Assembly: GCA_964549595.1 (NCBI GenBank) | Contig: CAZJWK010000001.1 | Coordinates: forward strand, 35,767 to 99,766 | Direction of reading: 5' to 3' | DNA: 64,000 nt | Source: an uncultured Sphingobacteriales bacterium | GTDB taxonomy: Bacteria; Bacteroidota; Bacteroidia; CAILMK01; CAYYUA01 | Shown here: piece by piece, positions 27,220-37,039 of the stretch | Numbering within the stretch: the first letter of the stretch is position 1 | How the letters are laid out: every line of letters starts with the position of its first letter | Made by a program: the position numbers and the translations under genes | Notes under the pieces: model-generated | The model's database searches: none | What the model was told of the DNA's origin: nothing | What the model saw: the letters and a program-made list of their open reading frames with translations, nothing else

Positions 27220-29178
27220 ATGAGGACATCCACAGCCAACGGTTTATTATTCCTTCTGATCCTGTTTACTGGTATTTTTTTGAGGGCCTACAACTGGCAG
27301 GAGGTACCTTTTACCCATGATGAATACAGCGCTTTAATCCGTGCCCAGGTTGACAGCTTTAAAGCGCTTATTGAAAAAGGTGTTATGCCCGATGGCCATC
27401 CGGCTGGAGTACAGGTTTTCTTATTTTATTGGATAAGCACCGTAGGTACTCATCCGTTTTTTGTTAAATTACCCTTTCTTCTATTTGGCATTGCAGGCAT
27501 CTACTTGACTTTTAAGATTGGAAGTTATTGGTTTAATGACTCCGTGGGTTTATTAACAGCTGCTTTTATTGCTAGCCTACAATATACCATTTTTTACAGT
27601 CAAATTGCTCGCCCTTATGCCAGCGGATTATTTTTTATCCTTTTAGCCCTCTGGTATTGGAGTCTTTTAATATGGGAAGAAAAGGCTCTATGGCGCAATT
27701 GGACAGGTTGGGTTATTGGGGCTATCTTATGTTGTTATAACCATTATTTCTCTATGTTAGCAGTAAGCCTTATTGGAATTTCCGGTTTTTTCTTGGTAAA
27801 CAAAAATCGCTTAAGGCATTATTTCATCTCATTATTCGTCATAGCATTGGCTTTCATCCCTCATATTAAAATTTTTTTCCACCATCTTAACCAAAAAGGC
27901 TTAAGTTGGTTGAGTGAACCGGATTGGTACTTTCTCATCCGTTATATCCAATATTGCTTTCAATTTGCTTTATGGCCCCTCATTTTATTCTTTGGCTTAG
28001 GCTTACTTGGCATTATTTACCATTTATCCAAAACCGGTTTCAGTGGAAAAGTGCTTTTTTCCTCTAAAAGGATTCTCTTGTTCATTTGGTTTTTGCTCCC
28101 CCTGGTAATAGGATTGGGCTATTCCATCTGGGTACAACCAGTTATTCAATATTCAGTACTGATTTTTAGTTTTCCTTTTTTGGTGATAGGAGTTCTTTCT
28201 TTTCTACCAAGCTTTACGCCATCATTCAATACCGGCTTGGTAATAATCATTTTGGTGTCCAATATTTACGTATTGATTCACAACCGCCAGCATTACCATA
28301 TATTTTATGACAAAAACCGCTATAAAAATACTTTTAAGGAAGCCCAAAAGGATTCGAAACATTATGGAAAAGACAAACTTTCTTATTTCCTGGCATGTAA
28401 TGAAAATATATCTAATTATTGGTTTAAAAAGACAAGCTTAACTAACAGGTCGTTTACTTTAATGGATACTATAGATTTAAACCAATTTAACGGTATGCTT
28501 GCCAAAAACGACAAACCATTTATAGCAATGGCTTGGCCTGGGAAAATGAAATGGGACTTCTTTGCAGTAGCACACCAACATTATCCCTATTTGCTTAAAA
28601 GAAAAAAGTTTCATTCAGGAAGTTATTGTCTATTTGCCAAAAAACCCCACCCTGATACTGTGGACCCTTATTATTACACTTACAGAGAAGATTTTGAGAA
28701 AACGAACTTTTCTGAAAAGTTTAAGCAGGATAAAATTACCGGTAAAAAAGCCTTTAAAGGTAACCACAGCTATTTTATGAAAGCCGGGGAAAAATATGGT
28801 CCGACCATTAAAGCCAGGCCCGATACCATCTTAAAGACAATGAATGATATCATACTGGGTTCAGCCAGAATGTTAAAGGTGGATAGTACGCCATTGCCAT
28901 TACTTACCGTTGAACTCCTTAACAAAAACGGCGAGAATTTGCACTGGGATGCGGGTAAACCCTTTTTATCGGATGAAAACAACCAAAGTTGGTACAGGGT
29001 TGTCCGTTCTGTGCCATTGGCCATTCATGAGTTAGACCCCGCTTCTGACCTTTACAGGGTAGGGATATGGAATAAGGATGAAACAACTTGTTATGTGGAT
29101 AAGCTGGAGTTAAAAGTAATCAAAGGAAACCCCTATTATTACGCCAGGCATTACCCCATTGAAAAGCCCCTTAATTAA
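27220..29178 (+). CDS. GT-C fold membrane glycosyltransferase-like protein (ArnT/PMT family-39-like) with a C-terminal soluble domain
   Basis: 652 aa with about 11 N-terminal TM helices. An early loop containing HDEYSALIRAQ resembles the DE/DD motif region of GT-C enzymes, followed by a roughly 250-aa hydrophilic C-terminus. Confidence 0.4.
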   Translation: MRTSTANGLLFLLILFTGIFLRAYNWQEVPFTHDEYSALIRAQVDSFKALIEKGVMPDGHPAGVQVFLFYWISTVGTHPFFVKLPFLLFGIAGIYLTFKIGSYWFNDSVGLLTAAFIASLQYTIFYSQIARPYASGLFFILLALWYWSLLIWEEKALWRNWTGWVIGAILCCYNHYFSMLAVSLIGISGFFLVNKNRLRHYFISLFVIALAFIPHIKIFFHHLNQKGLSWLSEPDWYFLIRYIQYCFQFALWPLILFFGLGLLGIIYHLSKTGFSGKVLFSSKRILLFIWFLLPLVIGLGYSIWVQPVIQYSVLIFSFPFLVIGVLSFLPSFTPSFNTGLVIIILVSNIYVLIHNRQHYHIFYDKNRYKNTFKEAQKDSKHYGKDKLSYFLACNENISNYWFKKTSLTNRSFTLMDTIDLNQFNGMLAKNDKPFIAMAWPGKMKWDFFAVAHQHYPYLLKRKKFHSGSYCLFAKKPHPDTVDPYYYTYREDFEKTNFSEKFKQDKITGKKAFKGNHSYFMKAGEKYGPTIKARPDTILKTMNDIILGSARMLKVDSTPLPLLTVELLNKNGENLHWDAGKPFLSDENNQSWYRVVRSVPLAIHELDPASDLYRVGIWNKDETTCYVDKLELKVIKGNPYYYARHYPIEKPLN

Positions 29179-29182
29179 GAAA

Positions 29183-29854
29183 TTAAACCCAGAATCCTTC
29201 TTCTTGCAAATAGTGTCGCTTTAATAAAGGAGCCACTTTATACCGCTCGTCATGGGTATCTTCGTAAAGGGCTTCCAAGGTTTCGTAAACGTCTTTCACG
29301 CCAATTTTGTCAGCCCATTCAAACGGCCCCATTGGGTAATTGACCCCTTTTTTCAAACTTTTGTCAATATCCTCAATGCTACCGGTGCCCTCCTGAAGGA
29401 CGTAACAAGCTTCATTAATGATCATCATGATAACCCTCGGAGTAACCATTCCTACACGGTCTTCTACCAAATGGTACTCCCATTTCAGGGCCTGAAGGTG
29501 TTGCTCTAAAAAAGCTTTTTGGTCCTGGTTCCATATACTTACTTCCATATGGTCACGAAGGATAAGAGAAGGAAGCGCATTCATACCAAAAAGGTGGCAA
29601 TCCATTTCATTATTTCCATACGCAGCTATTTCCGCCAAGGAAAGTTTTACCGCACAGCCAAAGATGGGTTTTCCCTCTAAAGTTTTGTATTCATCAATGT
29701 TTTCTGGTCTTTCGTCCAGATGAAGGTCAAATATTAAATCATAATTTTCCAGGTTGGTATCGATGATTTCTGAATAGTACGTATCGGCTTTAGGAGGTAA
29801 AGTCCGGCTCAATGATTTAAAGCGGTTTTCGGGACCGGTCACGAATATTTTCAT
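29183..29854 (-). CDS. 3-hydroxyacyl-CoA dehydrogenase family protein with a degenerate NAD-binding N-terminus
   Basis: The C-terminal half matches the 3HCDH dimerisation domain (RVIMMIINEACYVLQEG...DIDKSLKKGVNYPMGPFEWADKIGVD). The N-terminus (MKIFVTGPEN) lacks the GxGxxG motif. Confidence 0.55.
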   Translation of the reverse strand: MKIFVTGPENRFKSLSRTLPPKADTYYSEIIDTNLENYDLIFDLHLDERPENIDEYKTLEGKPIFGCAVKLSLAEIAAYGNNEMDCHLFGMNALPSLILRDHMEVSIWNQDQKAFLEQHLQALKWEYHLVEDRVGMVTPRVIMMIINEACYVLQEGTGSIEDIDKSLKKGVNYPMGPFEWADKIGVKDVYETLEALYEDTHDERYKVAPLLKRHYLQEEGFWV

Positions 29855-29966
29855 AATGATCTTTTTATTACCTTTATTTAATAGGAACAAAATAATTAAA
29901 TTCCTAATAATCCTGCTAAATTTGCCTTAGCTTTTAAGGAAATGCCTCAAAAGCCCGGCTAATGGA

Positions 29967-31766
29967 ATGAATTACAAAAAATTAGGTCATGACATCCTTG
30001 CATGGCGGATAAGGCATGTCAGTAACAAAAATTTTTTACTCCTTCTAAGCTTTTTTATTGGCATAGCAGGTGGTTTGGCGGCAGTGTTGCTTAAGTCCTT
30101 TGTGCATTTTGTTCACTATACTATTCTTAACCTTCCGGATTTTCTTTTTCCATTCATTTACTTGGTTTTGCCGCTGGCAGGAATCCTACTTACGGTGGGA
30201 TACAAAGTTTTGGTCATGAAAGGCAAGCTTGGGCATGGCATCCCGAATCTTCTTTATACCATTTCCAAAAAATCCGGATTGGTAGAAAAGGATAAAATGT
30301 ATTCCCACCTAATTAGTGGTAGCATGACCGTTGGTTTAGGAGGTTCGGTAGGCCTTGAAGCCCCAATAGTGACTACCGGTGCTGCTTTTGGCTCAAATAG
30401 TGCCAGGATATTTCATTTAGGGTATAAACACCGGATACTTATGACCGGTTGCGGCGGTTCAGCAGCCATTGCAGCCATTTTTAACTCCCCCATAGCCGGT
30501 GTAATTTTTTCGCTCGAAGTGTTATTACTGGAATTATCCATTCCGGCATTTATTCCCCTTTTGATTTCGGCAGCCACAGGGACATTAATCTCTCAGTTTA
30601 TTCTGGGTAATGAAATCTTGTTTAATTTCTCATTATCAAGCCCTTTTAATTACAGCGAAATCCCTTACTACCTGATTTTAGGTGTGCTTACCGGTTTTGT
30701 TTCCCTGTATTTTACCAGAATGACTTATAAAGCGGAAGAATGGGTTTCTAAAATCAAACATATATACAACAGGGCTATTATTGGGGGTATTGCTTTAGGC
30801 ATCATGATTTTCATTTTTCCTCCCCTTTACGGGGAAGGGTACGATGCCATCAAACATTTATTAAATAACCAATCAGAAGCTTTATTGAGCCATAACTACC
30901 TATTTGGGGGCTATGCAAACAATGAAACCCTTCTTTTAGCCTTCACCGGGGCTTTGATCCTCGTTAAGGCTTTGGCATCCGCTTTCACTATAAGTGCAGG
31001 GGGAAACGGGGGAATTTTCGCACCCTCTTTATTCATTGGTGCCATTTCAGGTTTTTTTTTGGCAAGGATCATGAATGATTCCGGCATTTTCCCAACCGCC
31101 ATTTCAGAAGAAAATTTTGTGTTGGTTGGAATGGCCGGTGTTATGAGTGGTGTGCTCCATGCCCCTTTAACCGCCATTTTCTTAATTGCCGAAATCACCA
31201 ATGGCTACATGCTTTTTCTACCCTTAATGATTGTTTCCGCCATTGCTTATGCAACCATTTCCTATTTTGAACCTCATTCCCTTTACACAAAGCAACTAGC
31301 CCTAAAAGGCCACTTGCATACTCATGACAAAGACAAATTTGTGCTTACAAGGCTAAACCTGGAGCAAATGGTAGAAGATGATTTTACCCCAATCAAGGAA
31401 AGTGGTACCTTAAGAGACGTTGTGAATGCCATTCCCTATTCTCATAGAAATACTTTTCCGGTAATCGATCAAAACGACAATTACAAGGGTTTGATAAAAC
31501 TGGATGACATCCGGGAAATCATGTTCAAACCGGACTATTACGACAAGGTTAAAATCAATGACCTTAAACAAATGCCGGCCATATACATTCATTATGGAGA
31601 CACGATGGAGGAAGTTATGAGAAAATTTGACGAAACAGGGGATTGGCTCCTGCCAGTAATTGATAACGGAAAATATCTCGGATTTTTATCCAAATCAAAA
31701 ATATTCTCCCATTACAGGAATTCCTTAAAACGGGAGGCCAGAGAAGAAAATGAGCTTATTCAGTAA
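29967..31766 (+). CDS. ClC-family channel/transporter with C-terminal CBS pair (paralog 1)
   Basis: 599 aa. The ClC motifs are in divergent form: GHGIP (canonical GSGIP), GLEAP (canonical GK/REGP) and GIFAP (canonical GxFxP). Two CBS domains lie in the C-terminal 150 aa. Confidence 0.85.
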   Translation: MNYKKLGHDILAWRIRHVSNKNFLLLLSFFIGIAGGLAAVLLKSFVHFVHYTILNLPDFLFPFIYLVLPLAGILLTVGYKVLVMKGKLGHGIPNLLYTISKKSGLVEKDKMYSHLISGSMTVGLGGSVGLEAPIVTTGAAFGSNSARIFHLGYKHRILMTGCGGSAAIAAIFNSPIAGVIFSLEVLLLELSIPAFIPLLISAATGTLISQFILGNEILFNFSLSSPFNYSEIPYYLILGVLTGFVSLYFTRMTYKAEEWVSKIKHIYNRAIIGGIALGIMIFIFPPLYGEGYDAIKHLLNNQSEALLSHNYLFGGYANNETLLLAFTGALILVKALASAFTISAGGNGGIFAPSLFIGAISGFFLARIMNDSGIFPTAISEENFVLVGMAGVMSGVLHAPLTAIFLIAEITNGYMLFLPLMIVSAIAYATISYFEPHSLYTKQLALKGHLHTHDKDKFVLTRLNLEQMVEDDFTPIKESGTLRDVVNAIPYSHRNTFPVIDQNDNYKGLIKLDDIREIMFKPDYYDKVKINDLKQMPAIYIHYGDTMEEVMRKFDETGDWLLPVIDNGKYLGFLSKSKIFSHYRNSLKREAREENELIQ

Positions 31767-31778
31767 AACGGAGAATCT

Positions 31779-33566
31779 TTGAAACAGCCCCAAACAACCA
31801 TAGGTAAAATCCTTGCCTGGCGCGTCAGGAATATCAGTGACAGGAACTTTATTGTCATCTTAAGTATCCTGATTGGGTTCATCAGTAGTATTATTGCGAT
31901 TATCCTCCGTTTAGCCATTACGGAGATACACGAAATCCTGACCGGGGGCTTCAAGGAAGAACAACAAAATTACCTCTTCATTGCTTACCCTGTATTTGGC
32001 ATCTTAATCACATTAGCCCTATTAAAGTATTTTTTCAAAGAGTACTTTGATCACGGTATTACCAACGTGCTCAACGCCATAGCCCGTAAAAGCAGTATTG
32101 TTAAAGCCAGGGATACGATTTATTTCATTTTCGGAAGCCTTATAACCGTTGGCTCGGGAGGGTCCGTAGGAATGGAAGCCACACTGGTAATGAGCGGCTC
32201 TTCTGTAGGTTCCAATGTGGGCAGATATCTGCATTTGCCCTATCAATCCCGTATGTTGCTACTGGGTTGCGGAGTAGCAGGCGCATTGGCTGCATTCTTT
32301 CAAGCTCCCGTGGCGGGGATGATATTTGTGCTGGAAGTGCTCATGCTGGATTTAACCATGGGCTCCCTTGTCCCCCTTCTAATGGCTTCAGTCACCGGAA
32401 TTTTGGTGTCTCAGATTATCCTCGGAGACCGAACGGTGTTTGACTTTGTCCTGGCTTCCGAATTTTCTTCCGGGAATATACCATTCTATATCGTTTTGGG
32501 CGTCTTTTCTGCCTTGGTTTCGGTATATTTTACAAGGATCACGAATTACATGGAAGAATTGTTCAGCCGGTACTCACGAACATTTACCCGTGGATTAATA
32601 GGAGCTTTAAGCTTAGGGCTTCTTATATTTCTTTTCCCCCCGCTTTATGGGGAAGGCTATGCGGCCATCCGTACCCTTGAAAATGGTAACGAATTACAAT
32701 TGCTTAACAACAGCCTTTTTTATGACTTTAAAGAGGAGGAATGGATTTTACTGGCTTTTCTGGGTGGTGTGATCATTTTTAAAGCCTTTGCCGTAGCCAT
32801 TACACTGGGCAGTGGGGGTATTGGTGGCTATTTTGCCCCATCCCTTTTTATAGGCGGAATTTCCGGCTTTTTCTTTGCCAGACTTATAAACTTCATGGAA
32901 TTCACGGCTCCATTGTCTGAAAGCAATTTTTTACTGGTAGGTATGGCTGGTGTAATGAGCGGAATTTTTCATGCACCTTTAACGGGAGTCTTCCTTATTG
33001 CAGAGTTGACTGAGGAATATACCTTTATAGTACCCCTCATGGTAGTTTCGACCACATCTTACCTGGTTACCATTTTCTTTGAACCTCACTCCCTTTTCAC
33101 CAAGAAGTTAGCGCAAAAAGGCGACTTGATTACTCACCACAAGGACAGAGCCATCCTGACAATGATGAAATTGGATAAGCTAATAGAACAAGACCTTAAA
33201 ACCGTAGATCCCAATGATTCGCTCGGGGATATCCTGCGCTATAAGGTAGCAGAATCCACCAAAAATATTTATCCCGTTATTGACAGGGATAATAACCTGC
33301 TCGGTATCATCCTTCTGGATGACATTAGAAAGTTATTAGTCAAAACGGAAATGCACGAAGAAGTGTTTGCCAAAGATTTAATGCATGATCCACCCGCTTA
33401 CTTGTACGCCGATGAACCTATGGACAAGGTCATCAAGAAATTTGATGATTCAGGCGCCTGGAATCTGCCGGTTCTGAACAGCAATGGCAAGTTCGAGGGC
33501 TTCATCTCCAAGTCTAAGATTTTTTCCGCTTACAGGGGCCTTTTAGTCCAATTCTCGGAAGAATAG
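31779..33566 (+). CDS. ClC-family channel/transporter with C-terminal CBS pair (paralog 2)
   Basis: 595 aa, co-linear with the upstream paralog. Its motifs are DHGIT, GMEAT and GYFAP. Confidence 0.85.
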   Translation: MKQPQTTIGKILAWRVRNISDRNFIVILSILIGFISSIIAIILRLAITEIHEILTGGFKEEQQNYLFIAYPVFGILITLALLKYFFKEYFDHGITNVLNAIARKSSIVKARDTIYFIFGSLITVGSGGSVGMEATLVMSGSSVGSNVGRYLHLPYQSRMLLLGCGVAGALAAFFQAPVAGMIFVLEVLMLDLTMGSLVPLLMASVTGILVSQIILGDRTVFDFVLASEFSSGNIPFYIVLGVFSALVSVYFTRITNYMEELFSRYSRTFTRGLIGALSLGLLIFLFPPLYGEGYAAIRTLENGNELQLLNNSLFYDFKEEEWILLAFLGGVIIFKAFAVAITLGSGGIGGYFAPSLFIGGISGFFFARLINFMEFTAPLSESNFLLVGMAGVMSGIFHAPLTGVFLIAELTEEYTFIVPLMVVSTTSYLVTIFFEPHSLFTKKLAQKGDLITHHKDRAILTMMKLDKLIEQDLKTVDPNDSLGDILRYKVAESTKNIYPVIDRDNNLLGIILLDDIRKLLVKTEMHEEVFAKDLMHDPPAYLYADEPMDKVIKKFDDSGAWNLPVLNSNGKFEGFISKSKIFSAYRGLLVQFSEE

Positions 33567-33647
33567 GAGAGGCTTTAAATTTTTTAGGGCCTTTTGAAAT
33601 TAACAGCAAGGTTTTTGCCGTTATGAAACCTCACGATTTAAAAACTT

Positions 33648-34931
33648 TTGATTATGCGTAAATTCATTACAGGATTGTTGTTGATCGCTTTTGGCATTGC
33701 CGGTTTAGGTCAGAACCAAGCCTTTGGCGCCCGCATACTCATCCCTATGGATGATAAGCAAAAGGATCATTTAAAAGCCTACGGAATCACTTACTGGGTC
33801 CTGGAAAAAGGAAGCGAAGCCGAATGGTTATTAAATTACAGGGGAGGTAGCTTTTCCTTTCCTTACAAAAAAGCATTTGAAAAAGAGTGTAATATCCGTG
33901 GCGTGTCTTTTAAGGTTTTAGCCAATGCCCAATACAAAGCCATCCTTAATAAAATAAACCAACCCGATGCCAATCAGGATAATGTAAAGCTTGAAAAAGC
34001 GCCGGAAATTGCCGTCTACTCACCCAAATCAGCCAAACCCTGGGATGACGCTGTAACATTGGCCATGACGTATGCCGAAATACCTTATGATGTGGTTTAC
34101 GATGATGCGGTTATGGAAAATAAATTAGCCAAGTATGATTGGTTACACCTTCACCACGAGGACTTTACCGGCCAGTTTGGTAAATTCTGGGCCCGCTACC
34201 GGAATGCGGAATGGTACCAGCAAGAAGTAAAGGAAGATGAGGAAATTGCTTCGCGGTGGGGTTTCAATAAGGTTTCTGAGCTAAAACTGGCAGTCGCAAA
34301 AAAAATCCGGGATTATGTGCTTGGCGGTGGGTATCTGTTTGCCATGTGTTCGGCACCTGATACTTACGACATTGCATTGGCAGCAGAAGATGTTGATATC
34401 TGTAAACGCATGTTTGATGGGGATCCGATGGATCCGAACGCCCAGCAAAAACTGGATTTTTCGAACACTTTTGCATTCCAGGATTTTCAAATTTCCAAAA
34501 ACCCCTATGAGTACGAATATTCGACTATTGATGGAACACGGGACCATGATCAATTGAAAAAATCCGAGGATTTTTTCACCTTGTTTGAATTCTCAGCAAA
34601 ATGGGACCCTGTTCCAACCATGCTTTGCCAAAACCATGAGCGAATTATTCACGGGTTCTATGGCCAAACCACTTCTTTTCGTAAAAAGTACCTAAAACCT
34701 GAGGTCCTGGTCATGGGAGAAAATAAACGGCTCAAAAATGCTCGTTATATTCACGGAGAATACGGAAAAGGTATGTGGACATTTTATGCCGGGCATGACC
34801 CGGAAGATTACAAGCACATGGTTGGTGAACCCCCTACTGATCTTGAAATGCACCCTAACTCGCCCGGTTATCGGTTAATCCTCAATAACATCCTTTTTCC
34901 GGCCGCCAAAAAGAAAAAGAAAAAAACATAG
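33648..34931 (+). CDS. Secreted hypothetical protein, possibly with a class-I glutamine-amidotransferase-like (DJ-1/PfpI or ThuA-like) fold
   Basis: It has a signal peptide (MIMRKFITGLLLIAFGIAGLG). A VLGGGYLFAMCSAPD segment resembles a GATase1 nucleophile elbow, and the C-terminus is a poly-Lys tail (AAKKKKKKT). The fold call is weak. Confidence 0.35.
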   Translation: MIMRKFITGLLLIAFGIAGLGQNQAFGARILIPMDDKQKDHLKAYGITYWVLEKGSEAEWLLNYRGGSFSFPYKKAFEKECNIRGVSFKVLANAQYKAILNKINQPDANQDNVKLEKAPEIAVYSPKSAKPWDDAVTLAMTYAEIPYDVVYDDAVMENKLAKYDWLHLHHEDFTGQFGKFWARYRNAEWYQQEVKEDEEIASRWGFNKVSELKLAVAKKIRDYVLGGGYLFAMCSAPDTYDIALAAEDVDICKRMFDGDPMDPNAQQKLDFSNTFAFQDFQISKNPYEYEYSTIDGTRDHDQLKKSEDFFTLFEFSAKWDPVPTMLCQNHERIIHGFYGQTTSFRKKYLKPEVLVMGENKRLKNARYIHGEYGKGMWTFYAGHDPEDYKHMVGEPPTDLEMHPNSPGYRLILNNILFPAAKKKKKKT

Positions 34932-34964
34932 TTTTTGCTTTATGTAAATAAAAGTAGCAGCACT

Positions 34965-35615
34965 ATGAAATGGCTAATTTTAATCTTTTTGATGGCTTTT
35001 GGCAATCCATTGCTTGCTCAGAAAAACACCAATGAAAGGAAAAATGAAGTTGGGATAAACCTTTATAGCTACGTTACCAACACGGATACACGATATGTAG
35101 ATATTGACGGCGATAACCCGTGGAACAGCCATTTCATAAATGGCTTAGTTTATAAGCGGCATTTTAAACATTTCATCATTAGTATAGGTGGTGACTATTT
35201 AGCGGTAAATGAACCCAAAAATGATTTGAACAATTTAGAAGACGCTGATTTAGTCGATTATATTGGAAAATATGAAAGAATTACAGCCCGAATTGGAATA
35301 GAGAAACGGTTTTTTTCGGGTCCAGTAAAACCTTATGCCGGCTTGCAACTAAATTATTCCTATGGCAATTCCTCGGGTTCTTCATGTGGAGGTCTTTACA
35401 AAAAATGTCAATCTTATGAACAAGATATTGCCGTAGTGGGGGGAGGTCCGGTCTTTGGTCTCTATTTCCGTTTTCATGAGGCATTTTCAATGAATTTAGA
35501 GTCAACCATCCAAATCAATGATACGCAGTATTATGAAAACGGAATCAACAGGTTTTCACATATTTCTACCACCATCGATCCTGTAAGATCGGTCGCTATC
35601 AATTATCACTTTTGA
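34965..35615 (+). CDS. Putative outer-membrane beta-barrel protein
   Basis: It has a signal peptide (MKWLILIFLMAFGNPLLAQ), alternating hydrophobic beta-strand periodicity and a C-terminal aromatic residue (...AINYHF). The ORF track extends upstream to a TTG. Confidence 0.4.
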   Translation: MKWLILIFLMAFGNPLLAQKNTNERKNEVGINLYSYVTNTDTRYVDIDGDNPWNSHFINGLVYKRHFKHFIISIGGDYLAVNEPKNDLNNLEDADLVDYIGKYERITARIGIEKRFFSGPVKPYAGLQLNYSYGNSSGSSCGGLYKKCQSYEQDIAVVGGGPVFGLYFRFHEAFSMNLESTIQINDTQYYENGINRFSHISTTIDPVRSVAINYHF

Positions 35616-35634
35616 TGTAAAAAGGTAGGAGCCA

Positions 35635-36303
35635 TTAAGAATTTCCACTTTGCTTTTGCTGATTACCTTTGGCCTGTATGAGTTCAACTTTTTCTTCTTC
35701 CCTGGCAGCTTTATAGCCACCGGCCACGTGATAGAAATTGTGATACCCCCTTGCCTTGATTAAAGCAATTAGCCCCATAGAAAGATAACCATCATAACAC
35801 ATCACATAAAACGTCTTATTGGTCGGAAAATCTTCCAATTCACCGAGTAAGGTTTCGGGCTTTTTGTTGATGGAATCTTTTAAATGCTCCTGCTGGAAGC
35901 CTACCTCGGGCCTTAAGTCATATACTTTGATATCGGATTCATGCTTAAAATCCAGGGAAAATTCATGAGGACCAATGGAAATTACCATGTCCAATGGCTC
36001 ACCGGCATCGAACCAAGCACTCATTCCTTCTTTCAAGAAACCACCCACATTGGAAAAGCCCAGGTCTTTCAGGGATTGGCATTCTTCAGGTCCGTTATGG
36101 GCCACGAGGATTAAGCCGCGGTCACTTAGTACCAAGTGCTGTACATAGGCCCCGAAATCATCTTCATAAGGAATATTTACTGCTCCTGGAATAAATCCTT
36201 CGGAAAATTCTTGTGGACTCCGGGTGTCTACAACCAAAAATCCTTGTTCCCTGTAGTTTTTGAATGTTTCCAGGGGCAAGGGGGGTGATGCATCTTCTTT
36301 CAT
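35635..36303 (-). CDS. Rhodanese-domain sulfurtransferase
   Basis: 222 aa comprising an N-terminal inactive-like rhodanese module and a C-terminal active module with the catalytic Cys loop (YVMCYDGYLS). Confidence 0.7.
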   Translation of the reverse strand: MKEDASPPLPLETFKNYREQGFLVVDTRSPQEFSEGFIPGAVNIPYEDDFGAYVQHLVLSDRGLILVAHNGPEECQSLKDLGFSNVGGFLKEGMSAWFDAGEPLDMVISIGPHEFSLDFKHESDIKVYDLRPEVGFQQEHLKDSINKKPETLLGELEDFPTNKTFYVMCYDGYLSMGLIALIKARGYHNFYHVAGGYKAAREEEKVELIQAKGNQQKQSGNS

Positions 36304-36313
36304 AAGTGTGATT

Positions 36314-37030
36314 TTAGGATTTCAGGACTTTTTCAACTTTTTGACTTTGATTGGTTTTTATGGATTTTAAATAAAAGGGCTCAAATGTACTTATGTCCTC
36401 CACTTCACCAATATTTAACCGCCGAACGGCCTCATCCAGCATGAATGGCGCCGAAGGCCAAATATTCTCCAAAAAACGGGCATTGGCATACTTTTCCAGG
36501 TACTGTTTGGCTTTAGGCATACCATTTCCGGAAAAATATACCAAATCGTTTTCCAAATACTTCTCAAAACTATGCTCATCAATGACCCCGGCTTCCGTCT
36601 CCTGGTAAAAATTTAACCGGGCATCAAAAACAGCCGTAAAAACTTCCATTCGCCTGGCATCTAACATGGGTGCGAAAAAACCGCTTTTTTCTTCAACCTT
36701 TTCGCGGGTTTGGACAGCCATACTAAAAAGGGAATTAATCCCGACCAAAGGAATATTCAATGCGTAGCAAATAGATTTGGCAGTCGCCACCCCTATGCGC
36801 AAACCCGTATAAGATCCGGGTCCCTTTCCCACTGCCACTGCATGTAAATCTTTTGTGGCTATTCCCTCTTCAGTCAAAACCTCACGAATATAGGATGCCA
36901 GCTTACGGGAATGGATATGGGCTTCATTGACTTCTTTGAAGGCAACCAATTCACCATCCTTTGATAGGGCCACAGAACAATTAGGACTTGATGTGTCTAA
37001 AAGCAAACAATAATTCAGCAGATTATCCAT
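36314..37030 (-). CDS. tsaB: tRNA threonylcarbamoyladenosine biosynthesis protein TsaB (YeaZ)
   Basis: 238 aa with LLLDTSSPNCSVAL ... VAVGKGPGSYTGLRIGVATAKS, the classic inactive Kae1/YgjD paralog. Confidence 0.9.
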   Translation of the reverse strand: MDNLLNYCLLLDTSSPNCSVALSKDGELVAFKEVNEAHIHSRKLASYIREVLTEEGIATKDLHAVAVGKGPGSYTGLRIGVATAKSICYALNIPLVGINSLFSMAVQTREKVEEKSGFFAPMLDARRMEVFTAVFDARLNFYQETEAGVIDEHSFEKYLENDLVYFSGNGMPKAKQYLEKYANARFLENIWPSAPFMLDEAVRRLNIGEVEDISTFEPFYLKSIKTNQSQKVEKVLKS

Positions 37031-37039
37031 TTCATTATG

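Noticed and set aside
34908-34926. A-rich tract as a phase-variation switch
   Set aside because: The longest homopolymer is only 7 A. That is insufficient alone, so I kept it as a minor note inside a finding.
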